Counted from the stretch's first letter, positions 17,901 through 27,836 are shown. The stretch: 64,000 bases of DNA from Anaerolineales bacterium (GCA_020060465.1 JAGVAD010000015.1:56150-120149), one strand, 5' to 3'. The notes: generated by a model from the letters alone, not told the origin. A program made the numbers and translations.

Positions 17901-19325
17901 TCACTGGAAGTAAGCCCCAGCCCGGGCTTGCTCGTAAAAGATCTCGATCGGGTTTAGGTCGTCGGTCAGGATCACACCCTCTTGCGGCGCAGCGGGAAAG
18001 GCGATGTCGCTCATCACGCTTTGCGATGCGATCAGGATCAGGTTGGTCAGGCGCTCGCCCTCCATGTGTGAAGCGCGCACATCCGCGAAGACGCTGGACA
18101 TCGTGGCGGCGAGCGCTCGAAACGAATTCGATTTTGCTCCTTGAGGCACGCCGATGAAATTATAGATGAGCCGTCCTCCCGGCTTGAGCGTTCGGTCCAC
18201 GGCGATAAAGAACTCCTGCGTGGTCAGTTGCACCGGCGCAGAGGCCAACCCGTCAAAGGCATCCACCAGGATCAGGTCATACTTCGCCTGGGAGTTTTGT
18301 TCCAGGTAGGCGCGCCCATCGGTCACAATCACCGCGCCGGCCATTTTCCCGAAAAACTGATCCGATAACTCGACCACAAAGGGGTCAATTTCTACTTCTG
18401 TAACCCTGGCGCCGCGCCTTTCCAGCACCCGCGCCTGGGTATGACCTGCGCCTCCGATAATCAAGATGTCTTTGCCTTTCACGTCCCCGGCCAGGGCGAT
18501 CATCTCTGTAGCGTATTTATACAACGGTTCCTGATCCGATAGTCGCATGGCGGTGTGGAAGGTGGGCCCTAAATCCATGCTGATAAAAGTGCTGTTATCG
18601 GTGTAGACGCGGATGGTCTGATAATAACCTTCTCGCTGCGCCAGCAGGATCAGGTTCTCTGCTTCGCCGCGGCGAAACGACGGAAAGGGAAAAAGGGTGA
18701 CAGCAATCAAGAGCGCTGCGCCCAGCCAGCGCAGCCTGGGCGTTAGAAAGATGATGGCAAACAGCACCGCGCCAACTGAGAAGAGCCGCAGCGAGGATGA
18801 CAACCCCACCCAGGGGATGAGGAGAAATGCTGCCGCCAACGCGCCCAGCACGCTGCCCAATGTACCGATGGCGTAGATGTTGCCCACATCGCGAGAAATC
18901 GTCTCAGCAGGACGGTTGGCAGAGATCAGCGAAATCGCCAACGGCGATAACATGCTGAACAACACCGCCGGCGGGAAAAACGCCGCCGTTGCGGTGACCC
19001 CAATGGCAAGATACCCCACCGAAGCCACATCCGCCGGCAGGCTCCAGATGAACCAACTGATCGCCAACAGCCAGATCGCATTGGCGATGAGGATCACAGG
19101 CAGAAAGCGGATGACCAGCTTATGAGGCACGCGCCCACCCAGGAAATAACCCACGGAAATGCCCACCAGGGTCACCGAGATGATGATCGCCCAGATGATC
19201 GTGGTGGAACCGAAGAGCGAAGCCACGAGGCGCGGCCCGATAATCTCTGTCGCCAGATTGGCAAAGCCCGCGAAAAAGACCAGTGTATAGATCAGGACCT
19301 TGAAAATTTTGGAAGGCTGCTCCAT
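17901..19325 (-). CDS. Fused MFS-like membrane domain / spermidine synthase-like methyltransferase
   Basis: About 7 TMs, then IIGGAG, VEIDP, TDGRAYL, YDLILVDAF, LTDDLNP. Confidence 0.9.
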   Translation of the reverse strand: MEQPSKIFKVLIYTLVFFAGFANLATEIIGPRLVASLFGSTTIIWAIIISVTLVGISVGYFLGGRVPHKLVIRFLPVILIANAIWLLAISWFIWSLPADVASVGYLAIGVTATAAFFPPAVLFSMLSPLAISLISANRPAETISRDVGNIYAIGTLGSVLGALAAAFLLIPWVGLSSSLRLFSVGAVLFAIIFLTPRLRWLGAALLIAVTLFPFPSFRRGEAENLILLAQREGYYQTIRVYTDNSTFISMDLGPTFHTAMRLSDQEPLYKYATEMIALAGDVKGKDILIIGGAGHTQARVLERRGARVTEVEIDPFVVELSDQFFGKMAGAVIVTDGRAYLEQNSQAKYDLILVDAFDGLASAPVQLTTQEFFIAVDRTLKPGGRLIYNFIGVPQGAKSNSFRALAATMSSVFADVRASHMEGERLTNLILIASQSVMSDIAFPAAPQEGVILTDDLNPIEIFYEQARAGAYFQ

Positions 19326-19418
19326 ATCTCCCTCGATTGACCGAACGCGCCGGGTAAATTGATGGGAATGATACTATAAAATGGCTGTGCGGCGTAAATT
19401 TTCAACCGCTGATCCCCG

Positions 19419-19479
19419 GCCCGCTTCAAGTGGGCTTCGTAACCTGAAGCGTCGGTTTCCAACCGATGCCGGGGCGAGC
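19419..19479 (+). repeat. REP-like double-hairpin element, family 2, copy 1
   Basis: gcccgcttcaagtgggc plus gcgtcggtttccaaccgatgc; similar to 63022-63082 and (reversed, degenerate) 26351-26388. Confidence 0.6.
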
Positions 19480-19582
19480 TTTTGAGCATGCCCCCAAGTT
19501 GACTTCTCCTGGTCGCGCCGGACGGCGATGGGTTATACTATGCTCCTCTCGCTTCATCTCATGCCCAAACTTCAAGAATGCT

Positions 19583-20485
19583 TTGAATAGCCAGGGTTTT
19601 CCGCGTTGGATCAAGATTCGGAAGGGCTACGGGTTGGTGTTCGCCGCCGCTGTTCTGTGGGGCACCACCGGCACCGCGCAGGCGCTTGCGCCGCAGGGCG
19701 CTCAACCGCAGGTGATAGGCGCAGCACGGCTTGCAATCGGGGGTCTGATCCTGATGAGCATCGCTGTGAGTCGCGGCGCGCTGCGTTCAAATCGCAAATG
19801 GCCGTTTGCGGTTACTGCAACGGCCGCGATGAGCATGGCGTTTTATCAGCTCTTCTTCTTTTCTGCGGTGTCTCGCACGGGCGTGGCAGTAGGCACGATC
19901 ATTGCCATCGGCAGCGCCCCCATCCTGGCCGGCGTCCTGGGTTATCTGCTGCGTGGCGAGCGCCCTGGAAGGCGCTGGGCGCTGGCCACGCTTTTGGCTG
20001 TGGCGGGCTGCGGCCTGCTGCTCTTGCCGGGTCAACGTGTGACGATTGACCTCGTGGGGATAATTTTGGCGCTGGGGGCTGGCCTGTCTTACGCCGCCTA
20101 TACGGTGCTCAGTAAGCGGCTGCTCGAGACCCATCACCCCGACGCGGTGATCGCGGTGGTCTTTTGCCTGGCGGCGCTGATTTTATCGCCGGTGTGGTTT
20201 CGCACTCGGTTGGAATGGCTGTTGCAGCCGCGTGGCTTGCTGGTTGTCCTGCATCTGGGGGTGATCGCCACCGCCGCTGCCTATGCATTGTTTGCACGCG
20301 GCCTGGCTCTCACCCCGGTCGCTGCGGCAGTCACGATTTCTTTGGCGGAACCCCTGACGGCAGGCATGCTGGGGCTGACATTGTTGGGAGAGCAACTCAG
20401 CTTGCTGATGGCGCTGGGTATGGGCTGCATCCTCAGCGGGCTGCTGTTGGTCTCTTTGGGAGGCAGGGGAGAGCAGGGGGCATGA
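19583..20485 (+). CDS. EamA/DMT family transporter
   Basis: About 10 TMs, LWGTTG, two EamA repeats, EPLTA...LLGE. Start uncertain: TTG 19583 chosen because the ORF-track start lies in the repeat. Confidence 0.85.
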   Translation: MNSQGFPRWIKIRKGYGLVFAAAVLWGTTGTAQALAPQGAQPQVIGAARLAIGGLILMSIAVSRGALRSNRKWPFAVTATAAMSMAFYQLFFFSAVSRTGVAVGTIIAIGSAPILAGVLGYLLRGERPGRRWALATLLAVAGCGLLLLPGQRVTIDLVGIILALGAGLSYAAYTVLSKRLLETHHPDAVIAVVFCLAALILSPVWFRTRLEWLLQPRGLLVVLHLGVIATAAAYALFARGLALTPVAAAVTISLAEPLTAGMLGLTLLGEQLSLLMALGMGCILSGLLLVSLGGRGEQGA

Positions 20486-20494
20486 AGCGCTGCT

Positions 20495-21781
20495 TCATGA
20501 AACGGCGCTTCTATTGACCTTGTAAGCCAAGCCTCTAGCGCGCACGAATTGGATAGACCAGGCCAGTAGAAAAAGATTCAGGGCGAGACCGCTCAATCCC
20601 AGCAACAAACCGCCAAAACCTGGAATCAGAGGGGACCCGCCCCAGACCATCAAAGCGCTCAATAGCAATGTGGCAAACATAACGGACGACGAAAAGAAAG
20701 CCCAAAGGGTTAGAAATCGGTCGGGAAGCATCTTTTGCATGTTCGTATAAACCAGCAGGGGTATCAGGAGCAGGGCCATGTGAAGATGGGAGTGCCAGGT
20801 GGCAGCGCAAGTAGCAGCCAGTGTCCCCAGCAGCGCGGCGCTGTATTCGGGCGAATGGACTTCAAGCGGTCGAAGCCATAGATAGAGACCCGCCAGGATT
20901 GTTGCCAGCGTGCCAACGACAGCGATGCCCCCGCCGATACCTGGGGCGATCCAACGGCTGAGATGAAAACCCAACATTCGCCAATTCATCATGTTATCCG
21001 GGAAGTTGCTAGGCATTCCAGCGACATAACCCAGCCATAGTTTTGTCAGTTGGATCATGCCGCCTGGCCCGACGAGACCAATGGAAACGATGAGAATGAA
21101 TGACGCCGCGGATACAAAACCGAGAAGTGTTTTCCAGGAACGATTGAGCAATAGAGCAGGAATCACAATTATCAAAGTTTGAGGTTTAATCATTAATCCC
21201 CCCAGCCATAAACCGGCAGCAAGGGGCTTGCGGTTCAGGGTTGCCCGCAGAAATTCGCCCGTGCAGATGAGCAGCCAGACATTGACCTGCCCCATAAAAA
21301 AATTATCGTATATTGGAAACCCAAGCAATAGGAATGCCATCATACGTGTTGGCAAGCGAGAGCCAAAGACACTTTGGGTAAAAAATTGCAGATATAGGAT
21401 TAATCCTGCCAAGTTGACGATTGTCCACAACCAGAAGCTGAAATCAATATCTAACAAACCTAAAACTTGAAAAGGTAAGATAAAGATGGGCAAAAAGACG
21501 GTCGTGTTCAGAAGAAAATTCTGCTTGGGTGTTTTTTGTACGATGGGTTGTTGAGTTTTGGCTTGAAGTTCCAGGTCATAAATATAGGGGTATCCCTGTG
21601 TATTGGCGATGCGCCCCACACTCCAAAAGGCACGATAATCAAAGCCGAGGGAGTTGAATAAGTCATTTGTGATGAGGGCACTTCCAATTTGTACGATGTA
21701 TATCGTAAAGATAGCTACCAGAGCCAGGTTCTGCCAGGCGCGAGCGTCGAGGTTTTGAAAGGGAAAGCGTCGGTTGTCCAT
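20495..21781 (-). CDS. GT87 (DUF2029)-like integral membrane glycosyltransferase, GT-C fold
   Basis: GFDYRAFW (candidate catalytic Asp), MGQVN, IKPQ, HSHLH; about 10 TMs. Confidence 0.75.
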   Translation of the reverse strand: MDNRRFPFQNLDARAWQNLALVAIFTIYIVQIGSALITNDLFNSLGFDYRAFWSVGRIANTQGYPYIYDLELQAKTQQPIVQKTPKQNFLLNTTVFLPIFILPFQVLGLLDIDFSFWLWTIVNLAGLILYLQFFTQSVFGSRLPTRMMAFLLLGFPIYDNFFMGQVNVWLLICTGEFLRATLNRKPLAAGLWLGGLMIKPQTLIIVIPALLLNRSWKTLLGFVSAASFILIVSIGLVGPGGMIQLTKLWLGYVAGMPSNFPDNMMNWRMLGFHLSRWIAPGIGGGIAVVGTLATILAGLYLWLRPLEVHSPEYSAALLGTLAATCAATWHSHLHMALLLIPLLVYTNMQKMLPDRFLTLWAFFSSSVMFATLLLSALMVWGGSPLIPGFGGLLLGLSGLALNLFLLAWSIQFVRARGLAYKVNRSAVS

Positions 21782-21864
21782 TGCTGCGTTCTGCCTCGAT
21801 ATCAGGAAAATCCCAGAACCTTTAGCCCAAGCCGTGTTCCGGGATTTTGTTATCTCTGCCTATT

Positions 21865-23046
21865 CTATTTCCATGTTCTTACCCATCCCACAACTTTTGC
21901 GCCAGCTTCTAGGCTTAGTTGGATTGGCTGCCACATACCGACCTCCGCCAAAAACACCCGATCTCCCAGATACGAAGACGCTCCAGCCGGGGTCTGCGAG
22001 AAGACGATAAAGCGACTGTCTGGACTCCACACGGGCGCTACGCCATTGCTCAGGGGAATCTCCTGGACGCCGTCGCTGCTCAGCATCCAGATTACCGGCG
22101 CGGCGCGCCCTGCCTCAGCAAAACTGACCAGCGCCAACCATTTCCCGTCCGGGCTCCACGTCGCTTCGGGTAGCGTGCCGCCGCCTGCTATCGGCTGGGG
22201 GTGAAGCATGATTCCCTGATGAGTGGCTAAATTCAGCACAGCTACGCCATTCACGCTTTCGGATGTCTGATATCCGCTGAGGACAATCCAGGCGAGCATC
22301 TGCCCATCTGGCGACCAGGCCGGGTTGACGGTTTTGCCAGGTGTAAGGCCATATTCGGAAAATAAAAGCGGCTGAATTCCCTGATCCAGATCGTAAAGCA
22401 TTGGCTCGCCGCCGCGGTCATAAGCAATAGCCGTTCCATCCGGCGAGGGCGCGGCGCTTCCCATCAAGCCGGTTTGATCATCTAACACCTGATAACCACT
22501 GCCATCTGTGCGCATCATCGCCAGATAACCAGGAGACATTCCCCCCTCATTTCCTGGTTGATACTGGAAAATGATCACCCCAGGATTTCCAGGCCACCAC
22601 CGATAGCCGCTTTCGATCCTGTCCGGCGAATTGGTCAGGTTGCGCTTCGAACCCGTCGCCAGGTCGGCCAGCCAAATGTCGCCTTCATAGGCGATATTAT
22701 AAAGAATTTGGGTCCCATCGGGAGATAGAAGCGGTTGATATTGATCGTTAAGTAACTGGGGCTTCCCATTTGCATCCACGATCCATAAACCGTTGCCTGC
22801 GCCAAGCGTGTAGAGCAAGCCCGGAGGCAACCCATCTCCAGGGGTGTATGAAATATCGCCTGCGAGCGCGGCGGTGAGAGGTTGTGTCTCCACGATAGCA
22901 GGCGTTTGCGTCGCTGCAGGCGCCGCAGCCTGCGTCGAGATGGTGGCTTCTGTCGCTGGGGCAGTCGTTGAAACGGTAAATGAAGGCTTTAAGCCGCACC
23001 CGGATAACGTCAAGGTGAAAACCCATAATAGGATTGTTTTATGCAT
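21865..23046 (-). CDS. Lipoprotein with TolB-like PD40 beta-propeller repeats
   Basis: Lipobox LSGC, Thr/Ala linker, repeats LSPDG, PSPDG, PAWSPDG, TWSPDG, PVWSPD. Confidence 0.85.
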   Translation of the reverse strand: MHKTILLWVFTLTLSGCGLKPSFTVSTTAPATEATISTQAAAPAATQTPAIVETQPLTAALAGDISYTPGDGLPPGLLYTLGAGNGLWIVDANGKPQLLNDQYQPLLSPDGTQILYNIAYEGDIWLADLATGSKRNLTNSPDRIESGYRWWPGNPGVIIFQYQPGNEGGMSPGYLAMMRTDGSGYQVLDDQTGLMGSAAPSPDGTAIAYDRGGEPMLYDLDQGIQPLLFSEYGLTPGKTVNPAWSPDGQMLAWIVLSGYQTSESVNGVAVLNLATHQGIMLHPQPIAGGGTLPEATWSPDGKWLALVSFAEAGRAAPVIWMLSSDGVQEIPLSNGVAPVWSPDSRFIVFSQTPAGASSYLGDRVFLAEVGMWQPIQLSLEAGAKVVGWVRTWK

Positions 23047-23236
23047 GCCTCACCAAGTTTCTAACAGGATTTGCGCATCTACCTTTGGCGCATGGGGTTC
23101 AGACGATACATACCTGCCGGAGGTTCCTGCAACCGTGGGTCTCCCCTATTCCTCCACTCTTTCTTGATGTCGAGTTTAATAATTGGTGACCGTCTCCCTA
23201 TTCGGCGTTGATGAACGATAGGATTGATCACTAAGC

Positions 23237-23284
23237 CACAGAGCGCACAGAGAAGAGATAAGAAAATCCCCGTGTACTCTGTGC
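23237..23284. repeat. CACAGAG-type short direct/inverted repeat element
   Basis: cacagag-c-gcacagag ... ctctgtgc; a related ctctgtggctctgt at about 29287. Confidence 0.4.
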
Positions 23285-23358
23285 CTGCTTTGAAAATAGA
23301 CTCTCTGTCACCAACGCTAAAGATGGAGACTATATAATTGTCTCCTTCTATAAAATTA

Positions 23359-23454
23359 TTGATATTCCCTGAAATTGGTTTATCTCGTCGGTGCAAAACG
23401 CCCCGCAGGTTTCTGATCATACAGGCTGTTTTCAGGGAAACCTGCGGGACATTC
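23359..23454 (+). repeat. Dispersed ~96-bp REPIN/MITE-like element, family 1, copy A
   Basis: Flank ttgatattc..gaaattggtt.atctcgtcgg.gcaaa plus arms aacgccccgcaggttt / aaacctgcgggacatt around a 25-bp core; closely similar to 62902-62998. Confidence 0.8.
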
Positions 23455-23473
23455 ATGACCATAGATGGCGCGA

Positions 23474-24610
23474 TTATATCTCCCCAATGGCATGTGTAGG
23501 GGTGTGATGCAAGGGTAAATAGCCCTGCGCAGCCAGTTCAGACGTGGGTAGCGCAGCTTCATCCGGTTTATCCGAGAGGCCGAAAAGCAGCGCCCCGCGC
23601 TCGCGCCACTCCAGAGCCATCTTTCGCACCTCATGGGTGATAACAATTTCCTGTTCCAGATAACGTTCTACAGGTTCATCTTCAGACAGGCAGCCAAAAC
23701 GCTGCATAGTGGTCAAATATTCGCGTCGGCGGAAGGATTTGAACGGAGTTGGATCTCCAGCTTGTACGCAGCGGTAGATTTCAGTGTGAATCCTGGCCAG
23801 TTCGGGAGATAACTCGCTACGCCTTTCTTCAACCTGAAGGATGAACTGTTCAAAAGAAGTCAGCCGTTGGCTGCGAATGTCGGCTGTCAGTTCTTCCAGA
23901 GAATAAAGCCCGAACCCCAGGATTAAGCAGACGTAAGCCAGATAATCCTGATTATCGCTGGTGAAGGGGTGAAACTCTGGCTGATTGAGCGGCAAATAAG
24001 CCGCTCGAAAGGCAGCCAAATCAAAAGCCGAACCTAACAGGTGGGCGACAGTCTCTTGCACTGCCTGCACCCGCGCCTGGTCAATGACCTTATCATTGCG
24101 CCCGCGCGCTCCTAAGGTGGTCTTATCCAGATCAATCACCACGGCGGCGCCCTGCTCCACCGGAAGCCCTTGCGCTCGACAGAATTGATCGAAATCCGGC
24201 AGGGATGCCCAACGATTCGTCTGGTATATCGTTTGCGACGCGCCCACAGCAGTGATCTGTGCTTCGGTAGGCTGATGGGTCTCCGCTCCAATAAAGGCAA
24301 TTCCGGGCCACTCGCCAGCCGCGCACAGATTCATAAACGCCGCGCCATCCAACAGGCGTGTATCGCCGACAAAGATCAGGCGTTCGATCTTGCCCCCTAA
24401 TTCCTCTAGATGGTAGGCGTGTTTTAGAAATTGGACCACGATTTGCGCATATTCCCTTTCGCTTTTACGGGGGATTTGGTTGTTCGGCAGGCTTAATTGT
24501 GAACGGATCTGCTCTAAGCGCGGCAAGCGCGCTTCGCAGGGTTGCAGGTTGCGGTATAAAACCCAATCGCCTAAGAATTCGGCAACAGTCGCCAGCCCAT
24601 AGTTTTTCAT
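23474..24610 (-). CDS. Uncharacterised HAD-superfamily enzyme, apparently circularly permuted
   Basis: Motif III K49, motif IV FVGDTRLLD (80-88), motif I VIDLDKT (158-164), motif II LFGLSDKP (342-349); ATGA overlap with the aspartokinase stop. Confidence 0.7.
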   Translation of the reverse strand: MKNYGLATVAEFLGDWVLYRNLQPCEARLPRLEQIRSQLSLPNNQIPRKSEREYAQIVVQFLKHAYHLEELGGKIERLIFVGDTRLLDGAAFMNLCAAGEWPGIAFIGAETHQPTEAQITAVGASQTIYQTNRWASLPDFDQFCRAQGLPVEQGAAVVIDLDKTTLGARGRNDKVIDQARVQAVQETVAHLLGSAFDLAAFRAAYLPLNQPEFHPFTSDNQDYLAYVCLILGFGLYSLEELTADIRSQRLTSFEQFILQVEERRSELSPELARIHTEIYRCVQAGDPTPFKSFRRREYLTTMQRFGCLSEDEPVERYLEQEIVITHEVRKMALEWRERGALLFGLSDKPDEAALPTSELAAQGYLPLHHTPTHAIGEI

Positions 24611-26052
24611 TGAGCGCCTCCCGTGTTGGTCGTCACGATCAATTCATGTAATGCGCCCAGGGCAAGGTCTGCATCGGAGGCATCCACCACCAGGCTGATG
24701 GAGACTTCGGAAGATCCCTGGGCAATAGCGATCACATTGACATTGCGTTGCCCCAGGGCGCTGAACACGCGCCCGGCGATCCCAGGCGTGCGGATCATCC
24801 CTGCCCCCACCACCGTCAAGATGGTGACATCCTCCGTCGCCCAAATACGGTCAATGTCGTGTTGGGCAAGCTCGATTGCGAACGCTGCCTCCAACGCCTG
24901 GATTACTTCTCCATTCGAACTGGCGGGGACGGCGAAGCAGATGGATTGTTCGGAGGAGGCTTGGGTGATCAGGGGGACGCTGGTGCCGGTTGAAGCCACC
25001 GCGCCAAATGCACGCGCCGCCACGCCGGGCACGCCCAACATCCCCCGTCCCTCAATGGTAATGAGGCGCTGGTTGCGGATCGCCGTGACCGCTTTAATCT
25101 CGCCGCGGCTGCGCTCGGCGCTATCGGCCACCAGGCGGGTGCCGGGGTGTTGCGGGTTGAAGGTGTTGCAGATGCGCAGGCCAACGCCAGCGTCAATCAC
25201 CGGGCGGATTGTCTTCGGGTGCAGCACTTTTGCGCCGTAATAAGCTAACTCGGCAATCTCACGATAAGTTAATTCGGGAATCGTGGCGGCGTTCGGTACG
25301 GCGCGTGGATCGGCGCTCATCACACCGTCCACGTCCGTCCAGATCCACACCTCGTCGGCGGGCAAGACAGCGCCCAGGATACCGGCGGAATAATCGCTGC
25401 CGCCGCGTCCCAACGTGGTGGTTATCCCTTCGGGGGTGGCGCCTAAAAACCCCGTCACCACCGGGACGCGTCCCTGCGCCAGGATGGGTTCCAGCACGCG
25501 TCGAGTGCGCTCCTGAGTGGCTTTCAGATCGGGATGCGCATTTTGAAAGACGCGGTCGGTGACGATCAGTTGCGTTGCCTCCACCGATTGAGCGGGAACG
25601 CCGGCCGCCTCCAGCGCTGCCGAGAGCAAACGCACACTCATGCGCTCGCCCAGCGACGCCACTGCATCCAGGGCGCGCGGCGTCGCCTCGCCCAGAACAG
25701 CCATCGCCCGACATAAGTTTGAAAACTCAGCGATCAGGTGTCCGATCTCTTGTTTCACCTGCACGCTGCGCGCCAGATCCTGTATCAGCCGGTCGGCGAT
25801 GGCATCGTGCGTGGTGCGCAAGCGGTTCTCGGCTTCATATAGTTGGTGCACCTGACCGCGCGCGGACTGATGGGCGCTATCCAACAATAGATTGGTGACC
25901 CCGGACAAGGCAGAAGTCACGACAATCAGGCGCGGCCAGTCCTGGCGACTGTTTTGCACAATTTGCACTGTCTGGCTCATCGCCTCCGCTGTGCCAACGG
26001 ATGTGCCACCGAATTTCATCACCAATGTAGGAAGCTTATTTTGTTCGGGCAT
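24607..26052 (-). CDS. lysC: Monofunctional aspartate kinase with two ACT domains (probably Thr-sensitive)
   Basis: [44 protein letters not shown]; ACT motifs ITQASSE and IAQGSSE. Confidence 0.95.
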   Translation of the reverse strand: MPEQNKLPTLVMKFGGTSVGTAEAMSQTVQIVQNSRQDWPRLIVVTSALSGVTNLLLDSAHQSARGQVHQLYEAENRLRTTHDAIADRLIQDLARSVQVKQEIGHLIAEFSNLCRAMAVLGEATPRALDAVASLGERMSVRLLSAALEAAGVPAQSVEATQLIVTDRVFQNAHPDLKATQERTRRVLEPILAQGRVPVVTGFLGATPEGITTTLGRGGSDYSAGILGAVLPADEVWIWTDVDGVMSADPRAVPNAATIPELTYREIAELAYYGAKVLHPKTIRPVIDAGVGLRICNTFNPQHPGTRLVADSAERSRGEIKAVTAIRNQRLITIEGRGMLGVPGVAARAFGAVASTGTSVPLITQASSEQSICFAVPASSNGEVIQALEAAFAIELAQHDIDRIWATEDVTILTVVGAGMIRTPGIAGRVFSALGQRNVNVIAIAQGSSEVSISLVVDASDADLALGALHELIVTTNTGGAQ

Positions 26053-26078
26053 AGTGATCCTCTTGAGCGATTGAATGT

Positions 26079-26109
26079 AATAAAAAACGCCCCAGGCGGT
26101 CTGGGGCGT
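26079..26109 (-). terminator. Attenuator terminator hairpin
   Basis: ACGCCCCAG-accgc-CUGGGGCGU followed by UUUUUAUU, upstream of the aspartokinase RBS. Confidence 0.9.
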
Positions 26110-26141
26110 AGATGAGTCGGGTTATCATGAATAGAAGCCAT

Positions 26142-26225
26142 TCACCCGCGCCAACGCCCCGCCCTTCGGCGGTTGGTAGTAGTGCGAATATAGGCGCAGG
26201 CAATGCCAGATGAATACTCGTTCAT
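26142..26225 (-). CDS. thrL: Thr/Ile attenuator leader peptide (27 aa)
   Basis: MNEYSSGIACAYIRTTTNRRRAGRWRG*: tandem Thr codons and two Ile codons; its GGGGCGU is complementary to the terminator 5' arm ACGCCCC (antiterminator). Confidence 0.8.
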   Translation of the reverse strand: MNEYSSGIACAYIRTTTNRRRAGRWRG

Positions 26226-26235
26226 GATTTGCGCA

Positions 26236-26264
26236 ACTATATCAGCCCTGTTTTCAACCGTCAA
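26236..26264 (-). promoter_or_regulatory. Sigma70 promoter of the leader-aspartokinase-HAD operon
   Basis: TTGACG-N17-TATAGT, 10 nt before the leader ATG. Confidence 0.8.
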
Positions 26265-26280
26265 GGGGTTTGGAGCGCGC

Positions 26281-26321
26281 TTGAAAACAAGCGTGTATGA
26301 TTAAAAACCTGCGGGATGTTC
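26281..26321. repeat. Family 1 element, half copy D (core plus one arm)
   Basis: ttgaaaacaagcgtgtatgattaaaaacctgcgggatgttc resembles the reverse complement of the copy A core and arm. Confidence 0.6.
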
Positions 26322-26350
26322 TTCACCAAATTATCTGAAGGTCAATAGTT

Positions 26351-26388
26351 GGGAACCTGCGTCTTTGGTTGCGAAGCCCGCGTTCAGC
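26351..26388 (-). repeat. Family 2 REP-like element, degenerate copy
   Basis: Reverse complement gctgaacgcgggcttcgcaaccaaagacgcaggttccc resembles 19421-19460. Confidence 0.4.
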
Positions 26389-26609
26389 AGGTTGGAGTTG
26401 GCTGCGCCAACTTTGCGCATTTTCACGCGGCAAGCTACCCACAAAAATCCTTTCTGACTGAGAAAACCGTGGGTTTCGGTTGCAGCACGAAAGTGGCTTT
26501 AAAAATACGCTATAATAACCCCTCTTGAAGGCGATTTTCCCTTCTATGGCGTGTCTTATTTGCGCGCTCCGCGATGAAGATCTGCGCGCAGGTATGTGGA
26601 GTATGGTGA

Positions 26610-27827
26610 ATGAAACCAGTTTTAGCGTTACGTATCGCTTTGGTCTTTGCAACCTGGATGTTTCAGCCGGCGATCTCTGCGCAGGCGACGCAGCTCGGTT
26701 CTTTTGCGGGCGCAAGCCTTCAGCAAGCTTCCACCTACGCTCCGGCGGCGCTGTGTCTGCCGGGGGTTTATCTCTATGAGCCGGGCGACTGCCTGCCCGA
26801 CGGACCCTCGGCGTATTTGAGCCGCATGGCCGAAAAAGGCATTCTCCTTCCCATACCGCCGTTGGCTTATACCCCGATTGACCCAGCCTTAGGGGAAGTC
26901 AACGTCCGCTACGGCGAAGTGCGCAATCTTCCGGCTCCAGTGTACAGTTCGATTGAGGATGCGAGGAGGGGTAGCAAGAAAGCCGCTGCTCAGAGGTTGA
27001 ACGGCAGCTTCGTTTTCATTTCGTACGCCAATGAGCAGGTGGTGGACGGCAAACGTTTCTACGAAATTTCGCCCGGCGAATGGATGACCGCTAACGACGT
27101 TTCCCGCATCGGGGTTCTGCCGCGGCCGCAAGGCATTACCTTCAGCAGCACACCGACCAGCGCCTTTGGCTGGGTGTTGACGTATTTCGCCCAGGGGCCT
27201 CAGATTGAAACCAAACGCACACCCGGCGGCGCAAATCAGGACTTTACCGGACGTCTGCTGAATTTATATGACATCGTCCCAGTATTTGGCGAACAGCAAG
27301 TGGACGAGGAAAATTGGTATCTGATCGGCCCTGATGAATGGGTGCCGGCTAAGTATATTGCCCGCGTTACCCCCAATCCCACGCCGCCTCAAGGAGTGAC
27401 ATCCAATCGTTGGATCGAAATCAATCTGCATGAGCAGACTTTAGCCGTGTATGATCAGCGTCGGCTTGTCTTCGCCACGATTATTGCCAGCGGCGTGGAA
27501 CCTTTCTGGACTCGACCAGGTCTCTTTCAAATCTACGAAAAACACGAAACCACGCCGATGACCGGCTCATTTGAAGCCGACCGCTCCGATGCTTATTACC
27601 TGGAAGACGTACCCTGGACAATGTATTTCGATAAAGCCCGCGCGCTGCACGGCGCATACTGGCGCGCCAAGATGGGTTTCCCACAGTCGCACGGCTGCGT
27701 GAATCTGACGGTCGGCGACGCCCACTGGCTATACAACTGGGGGCAGATCGGCGATTGGGTTTATGTGTGGGATCCTTCCGGCGAGACGCCCACCGACGAG
27801 AGCCTGTACAGCTCTGGCGGGTACTGA
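26610..27827 (+). CDS. L,D-transpeptidase (YkuD family), secreted
   Basis: WIEINLHEQTL, TRPGLF, LHGAYW...SHGCVNL catalytic His/Cys. Confidence 0.9.
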   Translation: MKPVLALRIALVFATWMFQPAISAQATQLGSFAGASLQQASTYAPAALCLPGVYLYEPGDCLPDGPSAYLSRMAEKGILLPIPPLAYTPIDPALGEVNVRYGEVRNLPAPVYSSIEDARRGSKKAAAQRLNGSFVFISYANEQVVDGKRFYEISPGEWMTANDVSRIGVLPRPQGITFSSTPTSAFGWVLTYFAQGPQIETKRTPGGANQDFTGRLLNLYDIVPVFGEQQVDEENWYLIGPDEWVPAKYIARVTPNPTPPQGVTSNRWIEINLHEQTLAVYDQRRLVFATIIASGVEPFWTRPGLFQIYEKHETTPMTGSFEADRSDAYYLEDVPWTMYFDKARALHGAYWRAKMGFPQSHGCVNLTVGDAHWLYNWGQIGDWVYVWDPSGETPTDESLYSSGGY

Positions 27828-27836
27828 TCTGGCAAG

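Noticed and set aside
23079-23462. 127-aa ORF in the intergenic region
   Set aside because: Runs through repeat elements, has no recognisable motif or RBS; likely spurious.
26053-26264. T-box or lysine riboswitch upstream of aspartokinase
   Set aside because: No T-box consensus or lysine-aptamer features seen; the leader peptide plus antiterminator explains the region.
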